DNA of 64,000 bases, from assembly GCA_051362555.1 (NCBI GenBank), contig CM120644.1, positions 19,428,534 to 19,492,533 on the forward strand. The letters run 5' to 3'. Positions 13,517 through 25,535 of this stretch are shown in pieces. The position numbers and the translations under genes are program-made. Source of the DNA: Lingula anatina. Its lineage: Eukaryota; Animalia; Brachiopoda. The notes under the pieces are model-generated. The model worked only from the letters and a program-made list of their open reading frames with translations, did no database searches and was not told the origin of the DNA. Positions within the stretch are counted from its first letter, which is position 1. Each line of letters begins with the position of its first letter.

Positions 13517-15277
13517 CTAAATTAGGTAATCAAAAACTTTAATTTTCCCAGTACTGCCCTCTGACACAATAAGATGTCCCTCCTGGTCTAAAGCAATACC
13601 CTTAGGTTTTACCAGACCATCCCCCCCAATGACCAAATGACATATAAACTCAGCCTTTGGTGACAGCATGTGGATACGGTCATTGTCCCTGTCAGTGACC
13701 AGAATGTGACCAAACTGATCAACACACACACCATATGGGTGACATAAACAGTCAATCCCTTTTGAAGCTGATCCTGGCCTACCATACCTGTGTAATACTT
13801 CCCCCTCCATGGTCAGTACATAGACACAGTGCTTCCAAACATCTGTCACCACCAGATTACCCTGCTTGGTCAAGGCTATCCCGTAAGGAAGGCTAAAAAG
13901 CACATTGCCATCTTTGTCTTTCCTTATCTCTCTCACTACACTACCATCATGTATGTTAAATATTACCACACGTCCTGAAAAAATATAACTTACTGTACAC
14001 ACAAGATGGTCTTTTGAAAACACAACACCTGTACAACTATGTACTGTGATGGTTCTAGTTATCTTAAACTTCCACTGGGAATTTAAGAAGAATATTTTCT
14101 GATTGAACCAGTTACATATTGCTATATTTCCACCACTGGTACAGCACACACCTGTAGGGCACCTTAACTGATGTCTACCATCACCTGACCACACTGACAC
14201 CAATCTACCACTTCTGTCAAATAGTTTCAGGTTGTTGTTCTCCATATCTGGTACAACTATATTCATGGAATTGTCAACTGCCAGAGCCATTATGTTTGGA
14301 GTGTACTTATCTACTTTGTCTTTGGCACTAAACTCTGCTACTAGTTTCAATCCCTCTAAACTGAATGGAATTTCCCCAGATATTTTCCCAATTGTGTTCT
14401 TGACCTTTGCATCACTGTGAGGGACATATTCAACATTATCTTTCTTGGAAATGGTATTATCTGCCTCTGCTTTGTGTTCAGCCATTGTAGTAGAGAGAGA
14501 CTTCTGGTGCAGCAGCATGTCCTTGGCCTTGGGCGTTGCATTTTCCATCAAGTGAATAGACAGTTCTGTTATTATTTTCAATCTGCATCTTGAGTTGATT
14601 ATATCGCTATGTCTCTTTGCAGGAAAGCACTGTTCAGCATTAACTTTGGCACGGAGTTGACTTTTCATTTCTTCTTTCTGTCTGTTGATATCATCAGTAA
14701 GCTGCTGGGAATAATGAGTCTGAATTTCTCTTTCTGCCTCATCCTCTTCTGCTATGAGTCCTTTCTCCTGGCGGTCAAGCTCTGTAATGGTATCATTTTT
14801 CTCTGTGATTTTTGCTCTCAGTTTCTGAACTTGTTTACTCAGTTGTCGTTTTTTACTATCCAATTCATCAAACAATATCCTGACACTGACACAGGGGTGG
14901 TCTTTGTGACAGCCCTCTGTCACCACACACACTTGACATATTGCCGTGTCACATTTCTTACAGTACATGGTCACCTTCTCTTCATAATGCTGACTACATG
15001 GGACATCTATGGTGGAGGGCACATGCTCAGACTGTATGAACAAAGGCACTGGAAATTCAGCTACGCCCTCATAAGGCACGGGGACATTTTTACTGCACAC
15101 AAAGCACTGGAAGGTTTCTTCACGCTTCTTCCATTTTATGGCATGAGCAAGACAGGTCTCACACAAAATATGCCAACAGCTCAGAAGTCTTGGTGCAGTC
15201 ATACGTTTTTTACATTTTGGGCAATTGGGTAGGTCTGCTGTGTCGTCCTCTCTTGATGGAGGTACACACGTAGCCAT
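13517..15277 (-). CDS. TRIM-NHL E3 ubiquitin ligase-like protein: RING, B-box2, coiled coil, NHL repeats
   Basis: 586-aa uninterrupted ORF. RING CPKC..CWHILCETC..CFVC; B-box CSQH..YCKKCDTAICQVC..H..H; NHL repeats (CPTGVC, LPYGIA, HPYGVCVD, KPKGIALD). Confidence 0.96.
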   Translation of the reverse strand: MATCVPPSREDDTADLPNCPKCKKRMTAPRLLSCWHILCETCLAHAIKWKKREETFQCFVCSKNVPVPYEGVAEFPVPLFIQSEHVPSTIDVPCSQHYEEKVTMYCKKCDTAICQVCVVTEGCHKDHPCVSVRILFDELDSKKRQLSKQVQKLRAKITEKNDTITELDRQEKGLIAEEDEAEREIQTHYSQQLTDDINRQKEEMKSQLRAKVNAEQCFPAKRHSDIINSRCRLKIITELSIHLMENATPKAKDMLLHQKSLSTTMAEHKAEADNTISKKDNVEYVPHSDAKVKNTIGKISGEIPFSLEGLKLVAEFSAKDKVDKYTPNIMALAVDNSMNIVVPDMENNNLKLFDRSGRLVSVWSGDGRHQLRCPTGVCCTSGGNIAICNWFNQKIFFLNSQWKFKITRTITVHSCTGVVFSKDHLVCTVSYIFSGRVVIFNIHDGSVVREIRKDKDGNVLFSLPYGIALTKQGNLVVTDVWKHCVYVLTMEGEVLHRYGRPGSASKGIDCLCHPYGVCVDQFGHILVTDRDNDRIHMLSPKAEFICHLVIGGDGLVKPKGIALDQEGHLIVSEGSTGKIKVFDYLI

Positions 15278-16489
15278 AATACCTGCTGTATCTGCCGATC
15301 ACCTGACTTGGATGGTTTATTACTGTACCTTTATCTGTCATACTGTACATGGAACTGTGGACCCACCATTGTTTCATGGTCGTACACGGTTCACAAAATA
15401 TTTTGTTATCACACTTAGTGATACAAGCTAGGTTTGGCAAAGGATGAAATATTATAGTAACTCACTTTTCAAGTCTCAGTTTATATGAGAAATAATATTC
15501 AGAAAAACCTCTGTCATTTTGCTTTGAATTTCTTTTCTCAATCACAATTTTTGACTTGATATGTTGTAGAAGCAATATTTTTTGAGACCCTATACCTGTC
15601 ACCTGAGTAAAACTGCCATCAGGACAAACATCACCCAGACTGATGTGGTTGGTCATTAAATGGGGTAATCTTATCTTTAAGGATCAGAAAATAAAATATT
15701 GGACTAATGACAGTATAGCGTCTCAATAGGTACAGACCTTGGCAGTTTAAATCAACTGTTCTTGCAAAAATATATTTATCCCTTACAAGAGCTTAGGAAG
15801 ATGCACTATCATGAATTTCATATAAGACTTTGGTGACAAACTCACTAAAAATTCAACTTATCAAGAAGTTGGGTTTTTGGGAGATCTTTTAGTTTTCTTA
15901 TTTTTTCCTTCATCCATTTGCCAACAAACCAATGCTGAGCTGAATATTTGAACTCGAAATATAATTACTTATAAAGTAAGTATAAGTCTGTTATTGCTTG
16001 CATGTGGTAACACATTGTTAGTTGAATTTAGCACAGAATGAAACCATGTGATTTGTACCGTATGATTAAAAAAAGTTTACCAAAGAAATGTTATACACAT
16101 GGCCACCATGTGGTTTTATGTCATGTATGGAAAAGGAGTCTGGAATTTTTGCATCCTATCTCTTTTGTTAATAATTTGACTTGTTCCTTCCTGAAAACGT
16201 GAAAACAGCTTGACCTGTAAACAGACCTGGCCCAGTTAAAGTGACTGCAAACATCAAGATAACTAAAAATGGTAGAATTTGTACTGACTAGAAACTTATT
16301 TGCCTTTGATGGTCACTGATTAATTTCCCAGATTTCTTGCTATACATACCATAGGGCTAATATACCGTGTATATCACCCTACCATTCTGCATATGTTTAT
16401 TCAAAATCAAGGGATTTGGGTGGGACATGTGTCATTTCTTTCTGAATGTATGAAAATGATCACTTTTTGTCTGCATGTACATTTTCCAG

Positions 16490-19264
16490 GTGAACAGGCC
16501 AAGGTGCACAGAACACAGAATAACTTTCATGCCATCGCTGGATTCCCAAGAGTGCTGGGGAGGGCACCATGATTGCCATTAAATCTCCTACAGCCAATGT
16601 TGAAAACTCCTACTTGTCGTAAAGGTCTTTATACCATCAATGTGCAGGCGATTTGCAATGCCTAGGTTATAAGTACATGTTTTTGTTTTTTTATTTATTT
16701 CTTAAAATGTAAACACAACAAAATTTTTAGAAATAATATCTCTAGTACATCCTCCAAGTGCAGGGACATGAAAATTTAATTCTCATTCAGAGATAATTGT
16801 TTCATTTTTGAAAAACTTTTTTTTTCGTTTGGAAAATACAGAAAATTATGACTTAAATATCTATGCTATTAAATATTATAATATATAAAATATAAAATTC
16901 ATTTTGATTAGGGCTTATTTATTTATTTATTTATTTATTAATCAATTAATTTTTTTTTTCAGATCTACTGATGTAGTCTGCAGGTGGCCAGGCAGTATCC
17001 ACAACAGTTTTATTTTCAACACTTTAGCATTGGCCAACATTTTGACGGTATGGACATACAGGATATTCCAGGATTCCTCCTGGGGGGATTCTGCACTCAT
17101 ATCTGATGACACCAAAAACAAACCCTCTGACAGAGCTGGACATTACATACAACAGGGCTCATATCTCAACTAGAAACACCATGCAGAGGGCTCTTGCTGT
17201 ACTAAAAAGCAGGTGGAGGTACTTATTAGTACCACCAGCGTGTACGCTGGCGGTACTCATGGTTTTAGTCCCGACCCGTCTCGTCCAGCTCCGCCGGCTC
17301 CGCGTACTGGCGCCGGATACAAGTCACCGTTACCGCTTCTTCTCCTCCTAGACCACAAGGACCCCTGTCCCCATCTCTTGGATTTAGGTCACATATAACC
17401 TCAACTTGAACCCCCAGGTTTTTTTGTCTCAGTCGGTGCATTGACCTGGGCGTGACGCTCGTTGAAATGCACCCTTGTCAAAATTTTTGAAAATTCAATG
17501 CCAATTATCTACCCTACGGAAGGAATTATGGGAAAAATTTCTACAGACGGCTTCCCAAAAGTCATATGTGTAGATTACAATATGCCCTTGGATTTGACCT
17601 TTGACCTTTATTCCAAGGTCAAAGGGGCCAAAATTTTCCAAAAAAACAAATTTTTTACGAAAAAAAAATTATTTGCGCTGTTATTCAGACACTACACAGA
17701 CTTAACCAATAATATTATTGGAAAGTGTTACCCTTTGGGTCATCTTTCATCTCCATGAATTTGGGGTCAATCAGTGCATTTTCACGGGAGTAGCGGCCAT
17801 AAGATACGGAAACTAAAAACTCTAATTCGTCTCTAATTCGGAAACCGTTAATGCTAGACACCCGTTCTTTTTTGCATTTTGTAGAGCATGTAAAGCCCAA
17901 CATTGGGTGTGGTCTCTGTTTTTTTGTATTTCATACGGTTTTCGTGTTATGCTGTATTAAAAAGTACATTGTGGTGGCACATTATTGTAACTCAGAATTG
18001 TAACATATAGTCCCTTATATCTCCAAAACTGGCAGAGATACGTCAATAGTTACTATTAAAGTTGAATAGGAAGTCATATACTGGCAATCTGAGTGTGACC
18101 TTGAAATTGACCTTTGACCTACTTTTCATCATGAATTGAACTTTGCAAATTTTGGTTCCCTTTTATCTCCAAAACTGGCAGAGATACACCCATAGTTGCT
18201 ATTGAATTTGAATAGAAAGTCATTAGAGGCAATTTAATGTGACCTTAAAATAGACCTATAACCTACTTTTCACCATGAACTGAACTTTGCAAATTTTTGT
18301 TCCCTTTTATCACCAAAACTGGCAGAGATAGGTCCATAGTTACTATTGAACTTGAATAGGAAGTCATATACTGGCAGGTCCATAGTTACTATTGAATTTG
18401 AATAGAAAGTCACTAGAGGCAATTTCCTGTGACCTTAAAAGTGGCCTTTGACCTACTTTTCACCATGAACTGAACTTTGCAAATTTTTGTTCCCTTTTAT
18501 CTCCAAAACTGGCAGATAAAGGTCCATAGTTACTATTGCACTTGAATAGGAAGTCATATACTGGCAATCTAAGTGTGACCTTGAAATTGACCTTTGACCT
18601 ACTTTTCATCATGAATTGAACTTTGTAAAATTTGGTTTCCTTTTATCTCCAAAACTGGCAGAGATAGGTCCATAGTTACTATTGAACTTGAATAGGAAGT
18701 CATATACTGGCAATTAACTGTGACTTTAAAATTGACCTTTGACCTACTTTTTATGATGAACTGAATTTTGATTGTACCATTTTTGGTTATATTTTTTGCA
18801 TATTTTGAGAATTCTTGTTGATTGCATTTTATAGAGCTTGTCAAGCATAGGACTGGTGGTGGTGTCTCTTTTTTTTTGGGGGGGGACGGGGGCGGGGTCC
18901 ATATGAATGCGCTTGCTCCAGCTGGTGGTACTATATCAGGAGGCGGTATCGCCTCTCTGATCCTCTAGTTATCTTTCTTTTTCCACTTTAAAATCATAAA
19001 CTTGCAAAATATATGTACATTTTCTTTTTATAATAAGTTTTCTGACATCAGCATTTGCTTTCTGGAAAAATATCATTCTTCTGTAACAATGTTTTCAGGT
19101 GTCTGGACAGGTCTGGGCGCTCTCCAATATTCCCCCCGAGGCTGCCTACAGCATCACCATTATGTGTGCCAGCTGGACTCCCATTGCCAGATGTTCAGCA
19201 GTTAGAGACCTGCCCAGATGGGGTGGGAGCCACGAAACAGCTCATCAGGCAAAAGTTTTCCTGA
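16490..19264 (+). pseudogene. Intron-containing Harbinger (HARBI1-like, DDE_Tnp_4) transposase pseudogene; exons ~16490-16665, 16963-17218, 19099-19264
   Basis: Motifs in order: FHAIAGFPRVLG..IAIKSP..CRKGLYTINVQAICNA | TDVVCRWPGSIHNSFIF..LLGDS..LMTP..YNRAHISTRNTMQRALAVLKSRWR | CLDRSG..ALQYSP..LIRQKFS*. AG/GT borders present. Frameshifted; first catalytic Asp deleted. Confidence 0.9.
17223..18968 (+). mobile_element. HINE/Helentron-like element, family A, complete; inserted in an intron of the Harbinger pseudogene
   Basis: 5' sub-TIR TAGTACCACCAGC with a local hairpin, GC-rich microsatellite-like tract and ~145-bp tandem cores (18020-18760). 3' sub-TIR GCTGGTGGTACTA (18921-18933), stem-loop TCAGGAGGCG..CGCCTCTCTGA and terminal CTAG before TT. 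Confidence 0.8.
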
Positions 19265-19715
19265 AATTTTAAAAATTTGTTTTGGTGTGGGCATAGGACT
19301 CCATCCTATTCCCAGGCCCTTTTCAGGGCCACCCTCATTTTCACAGAAGAGCTAACACCATAATGTTGTACATTTTTTTTTTTTTTTTTTTTTTTTTTGC
19401 AGAAGTAAATATGGCATGTTTTTCATGTTTAATTAAAATAGGAATGAACATTTCCATTAAACATGAACTAGAAAGTATTAACCCATGTGAATGCACTCCT
19501 GTGTGCCTGTTTTTATAACAAAATATCCAACTATATTAAAATAAATAGAAAGGAAAATAGATATTTACTTATTAAAAAATTTGTATTATTTTAAATAAAT
19601 TTCAGAGTTGTACAAAAATGCTCTTTTGTGCAGCAAATAGATTCTTTATTTTTCAGAAAAAGATGTTGCAGTAAAATAATGATAACAACTTACATCCCTG
19701 TCTAAAAAAACTAGG

Positions 19716-21195
19716 TTATTGTACCGCCAGCGTAGGCGCTGGCGCTGATATTTGCGCTGATATTCAAAAACTACACAGGCGCTGGCGGTACACATGGTTT
19801 TAGTCCCGACCCCCATGTTCCGCTGGCTCCTGTGGCTCCGCCATCTCCTCTGGCTCCGCCGCCATCTCACCGTTACCGCTTCTCCTCCTAGACGGTAAGG
19901 GCCTCTGTACCTATCTCTTGGATTTAGGTCACCTATAATCTCAACTCGTTCCACGTAAAATTTGGGCTTTGTCGGTGCTGTCGGGTCTAGGTGTGGCGCT
20001 CATTGCAATACACCCTTGTCCAAAAATGGCAAAATTAAATGCTAATTATCTACCATACGGAAGGAATTATGGGAAAAATTTCTACAGATGGCTGACCGAA
20101 AGTCATATGTGGAGATTTCAAATGTGCCCCTGGATTTGATCTTTGACCTTTATTTCAAGGTCAAATGGGCCAAAATTTTCAAAAAAATGAATTTTTTTAA
20201 GAAAAAAATTATTTGCGCTGATATTCAAAAACTACACAAACCTAACCTATAATATTATTGGAAAGAGTTACCCATCAGGTCATCTTTCATCTCTGTGAAT
20301 TTGGGGTCAATTGGTGCATTTTCACGGGAGTAGGGGCCATAAGATACCGAAACTGAAAACTGTCTCTAATTCGGGAACCGTTAATGCTAGAGACCCATTC
20401 TTTTTTGCATTTTGTAGAGCATGTAAAGCCCAACACTGACAGTGGTCTCCGTTTTTTTGTATTCCATACGGTTTTCGAGTTATGCTGTATCAAAAAGTAC
20501 ATTGTGGTGGTGAAAGCAAAATGTGCAATACGGTAAAGGATAATAAATTTTGAACTCCTGGAAAATAAAACATAAGGCTTGGCGAGGCAGACAACTTCTG
20601 GTCAAAAATGACATTATTTCATGAAATTTGAACATCTAGAACTTCTGAGCACCTCCCATTTCAAGAATTTCAACCAAAAAACCCTTTTCTTTATTTTAAT
20701 TAATTTTTTCTGTAGGAAATTTATGGCACATTATGGTAACTCCAAAATTATAACATTTAGTCCCTTATATCTCCAAAACTGGCAGAGATAGGTCTATAGT
20801 TACAATTAAAGTTGAATAGGAAGTCACATACTGGCAATTTAACTGTGACCTTGAAATTGACCTTTGACCTACTTTTCACCATGAACTGAACTTTGCAAGT
20901 TTTTGTTCCCTTTTATTCCCAAAACTGGCAGAGATAGGTCCATAGTAACTATTGAACTTGAATAGGAAGTCATATACTGGCAATCTAAATGTGACCTTGG
21001 AATTGACCTTTGACCTACTTTTCATCATGAATTGAAGTTTGCAAATTTTGGTTCCCTTTTATCTCCAAAACTGGCAGAGATAGGTCCATAGTTACTATTG
21101 GACTTGAATAGAAAGTCATATACTGGCAATCTAAATGTGACCTTGAAATTGACCTTTGACCTACTTTTCACCATGAATTGAACTTTGCAAATTTT
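19716..21195 (+). mobile_element. HINE-like element, family A, second copy, 3'-truncated
   Basis: Colinear with 17223-18760 (GGTTTTAGTCCCGACCC, GGAAGGAATTATGGGAAAAATTTCTACAGA, three ~146-bp cores). No 3' sub-TIR or hairpin seen. Confidence 0.8.
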
Positions 21196-21448
21196 CGAAA
21201 TTATTTAGGTTTGCTTGTTGTTTTTACATCACTTAACTTAACCCCAAGTCTCTACTGACAAAACCAGTATGTTAAGGAGTATACAAGTCAAACCTTAATG
21301 AAATTACTCATAATATCACTGAATCTTATTCTAATTTTGACAACTCCATATACTCAATTTCTTTTTTTTTTAGTTGTAATTTTCCTTTTTGTACTTTTTT
21401 TGTGTTGCTTCTTGGATTTGTATATATCTGTTCAGTTGCACAGATAAT

Positions 21449-24153
21449 TAGTCCGGTGGCTTAAGGAAAAAATCGTGACACGGCGGATAAAAGCACCAAA
21501 TTTTGCATGTGGGTACCTTTTGACATTCTAAATCAAATTAGAGCTGTAGCCCACGGAAAAAATTTACCGTTTGGCCAAAAAATCCAAAATGGCCTCCAAT
21601 TTATTGAATTCTTTAGAAATATGTACATACCTATGTTGATTTTTATCAAATAAATTATTTTCTCAGAGTTTTCCACACCCTTATTACCCATTTTATTCAT
21701 ATATGTCAGATAGCAAACAAGTTCCCTTGGACTTTTTGAAAAAATCCAAGATGGCTGTCATTTGCCATAGAAACAGCCATAGGAATACTAGTGCACAACT
21801 ATTTCCAGCTAGAACGATACGTTGTCCACTATCAAATTAAGTCTGTTTCTCAGATCTTTGTTACCCACATAATATGTTTGTGGTGAGTAACTACGAAGTG
21901 TTCTTGGGCATTTTGGAAAATGCAAGATGGCTGCCATGTGCCACAGGAATTCTAGTATACGGGGGATTCAACTAATGGCAACTGGAAAGATTAATTTTTC
22001 ACTATCAAATTAAGCTGGTTTCTGAGTGTTTTCCACATCCTCTCTACCCACACAATATGTATGTGGTGAGTAACTAACAGTATTCTTGGCCATTTTGAGA
22101 AAATCCAAGATGGCCGTCATACGTAATAGGAATACTTCTGGTATTACAAAGGGTTGGAACTAATGCCAGCTAATTCACCATCAAATTCAGTTTATTTTTT
22201 AGTGTTTTACACATTATTATTACACAGTGATACATATCTAGCAGGTAATAAATGTGTATATTTGATCATTTTGAGAAAACCCAAGATGGCCGTCACTGGC
22301 CATAGGAATACTACTGGAATTACAACTGCACATCCATGGCTTTTCATCTACTACCAGGGTGAATTTGTGTTTGCTTATCAAGTTTTGCCCATCGCATCCT
22401 TATTAGTCCTATGATATATATCTGGTGGGTAAATAGTGTGCATCCTTGGATATTCTGAGAAAAAGATACCTACAATTTAACATAGGAATACTAATAGGTA
22501 GGTTTCAATTGCTGCTAGAGAGGCATATGGTTCATTATACAATTATATTTCCATGGGTTTGTTTTAAAAATAATTTATGTTTTTCATTCCATTTATTATT
22601 ACCCCTATGATGTATACCTGGTCTGTAGCATGTGTGTATCTTTGGGTATTCTGAAAAAATTCAAGATGTCTGCCTTTTGTCATTAGAATATTCGAACACA
22701 TAATCAAATAATGCTAGAGATACACTGAGTACGATTTAAATGTAGTTAACTTTGGGTCGTTTTTAAAATGTTTTTCATATCCTATTTATCCTTATGAAAG
22801 ACTCTGTGTGTTTTGAAAGTGTATGTATCCTTGAGTATTATTCGGAGAAAACCCAAGATAGCTGCCAGTTGTCATAGGAATATATCATTCAAATGCACAT
22901 ACAGGTAGGTGTCAATTAATAGAACAGTTCAGACATTGATTCCAACATGAAATAAAGCCATTTGATGTTTAAACACGTTGACATCCTTATTAACCTTACT
23001 CTTTATAAATCTGGTGTGTAGCAAGTGTGCATCTTGCGTATTTGAGAAAATTCAAGATTGCTGCAATTCACAATAGGAATAGTACAGTCATGCAACTACT
23101 GCCAGAGAAACACTGGGTTCAATATAAAATGAATTTTGTTTCTCGGTATTTCCCACATTCTTTTTGGACTTTTAGATATCTATCTGGTAGGTAACAAGTG
23201 TATACCCTTAAGTATTTTGAAAAAAATCATGATTACCCTCATTTGCCTTAGAAGTGCCTATAAAATCTAATGCACCAGTTTTCCTATGGGGAAAAGACGG
23301 CCATCTTGGATTTCCCCAAAATGATAAAATATGGACATTAATTACCACACAGATATGTATCATGGGATAATAATACAAAAAAAAAAAAACAGAATAACAA
23401 CTGAATTAAGCTTCATTTAATTGTAAGCCTATCTCTCACAGGTATTAACTGAACTCTACCTTCTATGGCTAATGGCAGCCATTCTGTTTTGTTTTGTTTT
23501 CAAAAAGGATACACATAACATTCTCATCACATATGTATTATGTGAATTAAAAAGATGTGGAAAATACTCAGAAACAAACCTAATTTATCAATTAATATTA
23601 TATCTCCATGGCAGAAGAAGCCCTATGTGTACAGTATACTAGTATTCCTTTGATATGGGGGCCATCTTGGATTTTTCTCGAATTGCCTGTGAATAAAGGT
23701 TAGTTACTCACCACAAATTTATTATTTGTGTAATAAGAAACCAAATTAATTAGATAGTGGGCAAAGCATCTTCCTAGTTGGCATTAGTTAGTTGAAAACC
23801 CTTGTACATGTTCTAGTATTCCTATGCCATACGGCGGCCATCTTGGATTTTTCAATAAGTCCAAGGACACTAGTTTGTTATCTGACAAATATGCATAATA
23901 TGGGTAATAAGGATGTGGAAAACATTGAGAAAATACTTAATTTGATAAAAATCAACATAGATATGTATATATTTCTACAAAATTTCACAAATTGGCGGCC
24001 ATTTTGGATTTTTTTGGCCAAACGGTAAATTTTTTCCGTGGGCTACGGCTCTAATTTGATTTAGTATGTCAAAAGGTACCCACATGCAAAATTTGGTGCT
24101 TTTATCCGCTGTGTCACGATTTAGCCATTTTTTTGCCCTAAGCAACCGGACTA
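21449..24153. mobile_element. Non-autonomous foldback DNA transposon, Academ-like
   Basis: TAG...CTA termini (TAGTCCGGT-GCTTA / TAAGC-ACCGGACTA) with AAT on both flanks. Arms are inverted over several hundred bp and contain ~140-bp repeats carrying CAAGATGGC in mirror orientation. Confidence 0.8.
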
Positions 24154-24178
24154 AATAACCCACTTGCACATATACACA

Positions 24179-25535
24179 CACTGGACAATAGAAGTGTCAC
24201 CCTTCTGAACCAATACTATGGGGGAGATAAATGACTGTGGAATGATGTGCTCCTGCTATCATTTTATTAACATCAAATTTCACAAAAAATCACAAAATGA
24301 GAACAAAATATACATTCTACCAAGATATGCAGTTTCAAGTCCAAAATTAGTACTTAGTGGCATAGCCACGTGACCTAATATTAGGTGCCAGTCTATGAGG
24401 CAAAGATTAATATAATTGTCTGATGCATTCAGGGCTTATGATGGCCCAAGCATGAAACACTAAATATAACAGAGTTTCTCTACTGGTTAGACGGACATTT
24501 GCCAAAAGTTTTGACATATCATTCCACACATTTTCTATTATGTTTGCATCCGGACTCTGGGCAGGCCACACCACCTTGCGAATGTCCTGTTGGTCAAACC
24601 AATCACCAACTGCTCTGGGCCTGTGATAAGGAGCATTGTTATCCTGGTGAACAAATGGATAATTCCTGTCACCAAACATGTTAGTAATAGATGGAAGCAA
24701 GCCTGACTCCAAAATATCGATATATTTCTAGTGATTCATGTTTCCATCAACCACTGTCAATTCGCCCACGCCATGGATGCTGATGCAGCCCCACACCATG
24801 ATGAATATGCTCCTCCGGGTTCGAAAATTCAGTGCATGTGGTTCAAATGCTTTACCAGCAGTTCGCGAGCATCGTACCCGCCTGTCATCAGAGGTCAGAC
24901 CAAAGCGACACTTATCAGAAAAAAATATAGGAACAATTGCCATGGACTGTCCAGTTTCCGATCCTGTTTACCTTAGTTAACTCTACGTTGCCTGTTTTGT
25001 AACGATATAAAAGGTTTCAGTCTTGCTACCCTGCTGTACACTCTCTGAGCATGTAACCGACGCCTAGCAATTTACACAAACACATTCTTATGTGTGAAAT
25101 TGTTCCACTGTGTTGTCAACTGACAAGCAGTGTCATACTTTGACAACCTGGACATCAAAATCAGTCGTCGGTCTTCACGGCCAGTATTTTTTCTTGGACG
25201 TCCCATCAGAGGCAATTTGTCTCTGATCTAGTGTTTCTATATCGAGACCAGACCCTCTGCACGGTTCTGACTGAACAATTCAATTGTATCGATATTCTGA
25301 CATTGCTTATATTCTGCCTCTTCAGGTTAATAACTTGACGCCTATAACCGTTAGATAATTGCCTGTATCTTGCCATATTGGAGGAAGACAGGAATAACAT
25401 TTGCTGTACAATTCCATGGTATAGCGGTTTTATACTCATTAGCCACATTATGAGTAGACCAGGCATTATAACTTCCCAAGATCTGCCTACTTTTATTACT
25501 CTTGAGTTAGAGGGTGACACTTCTATTGTCCAGTG
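24179..25535 (-). mobile_element. Tc1-family DNA transposon
   Basis: 25-bp TIRs CACTGGACAATAGAAGTGTCACCCT. TA follows the element at 25536-25537; the other flank reads CA. Confidence 0.92.
24347..25376 (-). pseudogene. Tc1 DD34E-type transposase pseudogene
   Basis: MARYRQLS..SVRTVQRVW..GRPRK..FSDKCRF..IMVWGCIS..HQDNNAPYH..WPAQSPDANIIENVW..GYATKY*, with several stops and frameshifts. Confidence 0.95.

Noticed and set aside
14609-15232. 207-aa plus-strand ORF (and similar ORFs at 4420-5712)
   Set aside because: Antisense shadows of the TRIM coding sequences.
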